From: an uncultured Methanosarcinales archaeon
GTDB taxonomy: Archaea; Nanobdellota; Nanobdellia; Woesearchaeales; CAZYIM01
NCBI GenBank assembly: GCA_964647565.1
Contig: CAZYIM010000005.1
Location: forward strand, 1 to 64,000
DNA: 64,000 nucleotides
Reading direction: 5' to 3'
Positions 59,545-64,000 of this stretch are shown here, piece after piece. The translations under genes and the position numbers were made by a program. Every line of letters starts with the position of its first letter. Position 1 is the first letter of the stretch. The notes under the pieces are model-generated. The model had not been told where the DNA came from and did no database searches. It saw only the letters and a program-made list of their open reading frames with translations.

Positions 59545-61308
59545 TTAATTCTTTGAAATAAAATCAAATAGGGCTTTTGCAGCACTCTCAGGCCCTTTGG
59601 TCTCGTAGCCAGGAATTCCAAGCATAGTCTTAATTTCGCCAACGATCATATCTTTTTCAAAAAAGAAATTGAAGAATCGCGTAGCTATTTCTTCGTGTAG
59701 ATTCTCGTATTGAGGCGGTCCAAAGGGATTGGCAAAATAGCTTTGGGTTATACCTGATTCAGATGTTGTGCCCTTGGCCATCCTCTTACCTTCTTTGAAC
59801 ACATCGAAGGCATCCTGCCAACTCGTAAATTGATTTATGCAATCACCTTGTTGAACAGTAGAATAATTATTTGCATATAGGATGAGATCAACATTATGAC
59901 CTTGAATAATCTCTTTTAAGGTTGTGATTGGCAGTACTGCACGGGCATTGATCTTCTCAGGGCTCATAATAATAGACCTATCAAGATTTCCATAGACAAA
60001 TCCGGGCTGAAGGTCATCGAGTCTCACAAAAGCACCCGTCTCAGTACCATATGCTTTAAGTTTCCCATCTTTAATCTCGAGTGAGCCCATATCATCAAAA
60101 ATTATCACCATTTCTCTTAGATATTCCTGACTCAGTATCCTTAATGCTTCTAGCAATTCAGATTTACCAGCTCCAGAATCACCCACGAGAATTATATTTT
60201 TAGATATGCCGTTTTTCAGACAGATTCTGACCATCGCGCCATGCAAGGGAAGACGGCCTTTTTTTACACAGATGATATTATGCAATGTCAGCACCATCTT
60301 TTTTAGATAGCCAAAATAACCATACTCATCTTTTCTGGATACAAAACCCACAAGCAAATTATTTTCAGTATCATCATAAAATATGGTTTGTGGCTCCCCA
60401 TGTTGGACTATTACTTTTTCATCCACCCCGAAAAGGTATATCGCATCAGGAGTTCTAGTCAAATCCTCATCTTCAGCTAAGTCAAACAGATTCGCCACAG
60501 CAGAGCCTAAGCCGATGAATTTCATATGAAAGAAGATGTGTATAACTAAATCACCGACTTTCGCAGGATAACATAGCCAGTCCGCGGGATCAAAGTCCAG
60601 ATTCTTAATAGGATTGGAATCCACTCGCCTAAACAATCCTGTTCTTTTATTCATAAGAGGATTGATTATTAGGGGCGGTTCAATCAGAATTTGACGGATT
60701 ATTGGCGCCTGCTTTAAAAAAGAGTACGTTTCTGGCATATTCTGCTTTTGAGCGCTTGCAATGATTCCTACCTGAAATCCTGCAGGCATCTGCCTGTATA
60801 CTCTCGGATGTTCAGATGTTATGTTTTCACATATGTCTCTATAGCAACTTCGGACCAAGTGATTCAACTGTTCAATTGTATTGTTAAAAGATCGGTATGG
60901 TTTCTTATGGTAATGCTGGTCTTTTTTTTCAGTTGACAGGAGTATGAAAAAGCGTTCATAGTTACGCCAAAAATTGTAGAGCTCCTCTATAAATTGATTG
61001 AACATGTATGTATCAATAAAAAATTCATTAAATTCAGGATGGGATTTGATTATATCCTGCCTCGTATGTTCACCTAGCAGCTGTAAGAGTTCAACTATCT
61101 TTTGGTTTTGCACAGCCTCATCCTCTGCAAAAGATGCCGGAATTATACTGAGAAGAGGAGAGTCTTTTTCTCTTAGAGAGTCAAGATATTTATACAGAAC
61201 TTCTTTAAAAATAGCTGTTTGAAGCAACCCGTTATTAGTAGTACAAATATTCCCATCCGAAGCTACTATCACCTGTAAATCTTGGAATTGATAATTTTTC
61301 TTCTTCAA
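59545..61308 (-). CDS. PEP carboxykinase-like protein (ATP-type fold)
   Basis: GYLKKM, LPLHGAM, GDSGAGKSE, IFDDMG. Confidence 0.75.
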   Translation of the reverse strand: MKKKNYQFQDLQVIVASDGNICTTNNGLLQTAIFKEVLYKYLDSLREKDSPLLSIIPASFAEDEAVQNQKIVELLQLLGEHTRQDIIKSHPEFNEFFIDTYMFNQFIEELYNFWRNYERFFILLSTEKKDQHYHKKPYRSFNNTIEQLNHLVRSCYRDICENITSEHPRVYRQMPAGFQVGIIASAQKQNMPETYSFLKQAPIIRQILIEPPLIINPLMNKRTGLFRRVDSNPIKNLDFDPADWLCYPAKVGDLVIHIFFHMKFIGLGSAVANLFDLAEDEDLTRTPDAIYLFGVDEKVIVQHGEPQTIFYDDTENNLLVGFVSRKDEYGYFGYLKKMVLTLHNIICVKKGRLPLHGAMVRICLKNGISKNIILVGDSGAGKSELLEALRILSQEYLREMVIIFDDMGSLEIKDGKLKAYGTETGAFVRLDDLQPGFVYGNLDRSIIMSPEKINARAVLPITTLKEIIQGHNVDLILYANNYSTVQQGDCINQFTSWQDAFDVFKEGKRMAKGTTSESGITQSYFANPFGPPQYENLHEEIATRFFNFFFEKDMIVGEIKTMLGIPGYETKGPESAAKALFDFISKN

Positions 61309-61441
61309 AATATCTACCTATTTATTTATCTATTAACTGCTCTTTGATTTGGGTTTGAATATCGGTTTATAAAAGTATTGAGGATATTACGTGTTTAGGC
61401 ATTCATAAAGTTTATAAAACATCACCCTCCTCTTATGCTTT

Positions 61442-62965
61442 ATGAAAAAGGGGCAGATTATCTCTGGCAGCTTTGGTCAGCTTCTAGTCAGGAAGAAATC
61501 AGATGTAGATGTTGAGATTGGAGAGCTTCTGGTTGCTGAAAACAATGATATCAAGATGCTTTTCCAGGTCTTTGACCTTCAATTCGCAAGCCAGATATCA
61601 CAACAGAACCTTGAGCTTATCTCAGGCATGAAGCTAGAAGAGGATGTTGATCTTGAATTCATGGAGCCACATCTTAGAAATTACTCACTGGTTTTCTTAA
61701 AAAATCTCATTACTTTAAAAGAGAAGAATGCCAAGTCTTCCAAGTCAATGCCTGAATTCTTCTCAGAAGTAAGAGAAGTGGAAAAAGAGGATCTTGATTT
61801 TCTAACCAAACCTACAGATCCTATGTTTATCGGACATCTCAGGAGTGGGGCAAAGACTATTGATTTCCCACTCTTCCTTCCAGGAAGGGATGTCTTCAGC
61901 CACCACATATTGATAAGTGGCACAACTGGAAAGGGCAAGAGCGTACTTATGAGCAACCTGCTTTGGGATGTTACTGATAAGGACTACTGTTCTATGCTAG
62001 TACTTGATCCTCATGATGAGTATTTCGGCAGGAACAAGTTGGGTTTAAAGGACCATCCTGACAAGGAAAAACTAATCTATTATTCAGCACATAATCCGCC
62101 TCCAGGTCAAAGAACCCTTAAGATCAATCTCAAGATATTAAAACCAGATCATTTTAACTTCATGGATTTTTCACCTCCTCAAAGACAGGCAATGAATGCA
62201 TATTTCCGAGAATATGGAGCTGGCTGGATTGAGGCTATTATACTGGAAAGAGAGATAAAACTTGAGTTCCAGGATACAACTTGCGCTGTGCTTAAGAGAC
62301 GGTTCTGCTCCTTGCTGGATCTTGATTTTTCTGAAATGCAATTATTCTGTAATGGAGTATTTGATATGCAAGCAGGGGAAACCCTTGTGAAGGATATTGC
62401 ACAGGCTCTTGAAGAGACCAAAACAGTAATCATCGACACCAGCAATTTCTCAGGAACCCTGGAGTTACTTATTGGCAGCATCTTGACAACAGAGATTTTC
62501 AGGAGATATAAGAATTACAAGATGAATGGTTCTTTAAAGGACAAACCTGTTATATCTATTGTACTTGAAGAAGCGCCAAGGGTTTTAGGTAAAGAGGTAC
62601 TTGAAAAGGGTTCTAACATTTTCAGCACGATAGCAAGAGAGGGGAGGAAGTTCAATGTAGGCCTTACTGCGATTACCCAACTTCCTTCATTGATTCCGCG
62701 TCAGATACTCGCAAATATCAATACCAAGATCATCCTTGGCACTGAGATGAACAGCGAAAGACAGGCTATTATTGAATCAGCTTCTCAAGATCTTTCTGAA
62801 GATAATAGAAATATTGCTTCCCTTGACAAGGGAGAGGCAATTGTGACCAGCAACTTTGCAAGGTTTGCACTGCCGATCAAGGTTCCATTCTTTGATGATG
62901 TTGCCAGAGCAAAAATAGAAGGACGTGATCAGTTTTCTCAGGATTTTTCTGGATTAAAGAAATAG
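61442..62965 (+). CDS. herA: HerA helicase-like ATPase (HAS barrel plus DUF87)
   Basis: [38 protein letters not shown]. Confidence 0.88.
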   Translation: MKKGQIISGSFGQLLVRKKSDVDVEIGELLVAENNDIKMLFQVFDLQFASQISQQNLELISGMKLEEDVDLEFMEPHLRNYSLVFLKNLITLKEKNAKSSKSMPEFFSEVREVEKEDLDFLTKPTDPMFIGHLRSGAKTIDFPLFLPGRDVFSHHILISGTTGKGKSVLMSNLLWDVTDKDYCSMLVLDPHDEYFGRNKLGLKDHPDKEKLIYYSAHNPPPGQRTLKINLKILKPDHFNFMDFSPPQRQAMNAYFREYGAGWIEAIILEREIKLEFQDTTCAVLKRRFCSLLDLDFSEMQLFCNGVFDMQAGETLVKDIAQALEETKTVIIDTSNFSGTLELLIGSILTTEIFRRYKNYKMNGSLKDKPVISIVLEEAPRVLGKEVLEKGSNIFSTIAREGRKFNVGLTAITQLPSLIPRQILANINTKIILGTEMNSERQAIIESASQDLSEDNRNIASLDKGEAIVTSNFARFALPIKVPFFDDVARAKIEGRDQFSQDFSGLKK

Positions 62966-62998
62966 AAAAAGGAAAAAAAAGAAAAAAATTTAGTGGGT

Positions 62999-63742
62999 TT
63001 ATTCGACTTCGATTGTCTTTTCTTCTAGACTTGCACCGCTATCTTCTGGTTTTTTCTGCTCTTTTGGCGGAGGAGTAATTATAACATTATCCTCTCCTGC
63101 TTGTGCCATTTCTTCTGCTTTCTGTGCCACTGTATCCTTAGCTGTCAAGACATGACTCTTGATATAAGGTCCAAGTCTTGTCCAAGCTGGCAAGCCTCCC
63201 AGAACAACTCCAAGCACTCCGCCACTCAAGAATAAAGGCACTGCAGTTACATAGGCTGCACCTTTTCCAAGAACTTTACCCTCTGCATAAGCAGGTTCTG
63301 CTGACCTTTCGCATGGCTGCTTGATAAATACATTCAGATAGCCATCCCAGAATCCTGCCTTCTTGGGTTTTGCTACTACATCCTTTTCGATTGCCGTATT
63401 TATCTTTTCGTCGTAGAGTTCTTTCAGCTTCTTCTTGATCTCTTTTGGGCCGCCTGAGGTTGTATCATAGATAGTCTGTAGGATCTGCTTGTAGTCACCC
63501 TCAGACATGGTCTTGATCAGGTCTTTAGCACCTTGTTGACCTAGTCCAACATATTTTTTCACTGCAGGAGCTCCTGTCTCCTTGTAAAATTTCGTTACAT
63601 CTCCTTCGAGGCCTTCAAGAGTCTGTTCAACAACATCGCCGAATTTCTCGAATTTGTTCCCAATGTTTCGTACTTTCTTATTGAAATACGATCCAAATTT
63701 TCCTTTTAACGTTTTTTCTTCTGGTTTATAGTTTGGTTCCAT
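62999..63742 (-). CDS. Hypothetical protein with hydrophobic glycine-rich segment
   Basis: 247-aa ORF, GGAGGTGG SD. Confidence 0.7.
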   Translation of the reverse strand: MEPNYKPEEKTLKGKFGSYFNKKVRNIGNKFEKFGDVVEQTLEGLEGDVTKFYKETGAPAVKKYVGLGQQGAKDLIKTMSEGDYKQILQTIYDTTSGGPKEIKKKLKELYDEKINTAIEKDVVAKPKKAGFWDGYLNVFIKQPCERSAEPAYAEGKVLGKGAAYVTAVPLFLSGGVLGVVLGGLPAWTRLGPYIKSHVLTAKDTVAQKAEEMAQAGEDNVIITPPPKEQKKPEDSGASLEEKTIEVE

Positions 63743-63795
63743 TTATTACCACCTCCTGATGGGGAATAAAAAAATAAATAAAAAGGTTTCGGTTT

Positions 63796-64000
63796 CTACC
63801 TGTTCTTAGAGACCGCATAATTGGCTTTTTTATCCCCTGTCAACCCTTTGTTTATTTCTATGTTTTCTATGTTCTGAGGACCAAGATCCTCAATCATGCT
63901 GGAAAACTCCTGGTTCTTCAAGAACAGCGCTGTAGTTGGGTTATTACCAATAGCCTTGGCAAACCTATCTATAGACTTGAGTTGTGTACGTCTCCGCTCG
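63796..64000 (-). CDS. C-terminal fragment of an unknown protein (enters from window edge)
   Basis: Open frame ...ERRRTQLKSIDRFAKAIG...YAVSKNR* ending at TAG 63796. Confidence 0.5.
   Translation of the reverse strand, partial: ERRRTQLKSIDRFAKAIGNNPTTALFLKNQEFSSMIEDLGPQNIENIEINKGLTGDKKANYAVSKNR

Noticed and set aside
1..64000. Genome-wide stop-codon reassignment suggested by in-frame TAG/TGA in two genes
   Set aside because: Conserved genes end normally at TAG (trpS) and TGA (nurA), and long genes have no internal stops

Overview
Archaeal chromosomal segment. Topo VI A/B, DnaG, a Dim2/Pno1-type KH protein, Cdc48, GatD, TrmB/Lrp regulators, TATA/BRE promoters and GGAGGTG-type SD sites point to an archaeon; the style of the hypothetical proteins suggests DPANN/Woesearchaeota (inference). 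Housekeeping genes (nurA, top6AB, dnaG, trpS, cdc48, gatD, glnA, two HerA-type ATPases) are interspersed with: (i) a 12.9-20.6 kb accessory island of phospho-signalling parts (orphan receiver with an in-frame TAG, SixA-like phosphatase, APH-like kinase fusion, SpoIIE/PP2C, AbrB-PhoU, an unannotated RHH protein) with a shared palindromic operator; (ii) a glutamine-kinase-like PEP-utilising enzyme plus histidine phosphatase upstream of trpS, with an out-of-frame SD-ATG and a leader peptide; (iii) a MacB-type ABC/COG1361 operon; (iv) a lone, divergent queC paired with an AdoMetDC-like gene; (v) a glycogen/alpha-glucan cluster; (vi) a rubredoxin gene interrupted by TGA and TAG. dnaG has a long, apparently structured 5' leader containing a uORF. 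I saw no rRNA, tRNA, CRISPR array or transposase. All calls come from reading motifs by eye; no database searches were run.
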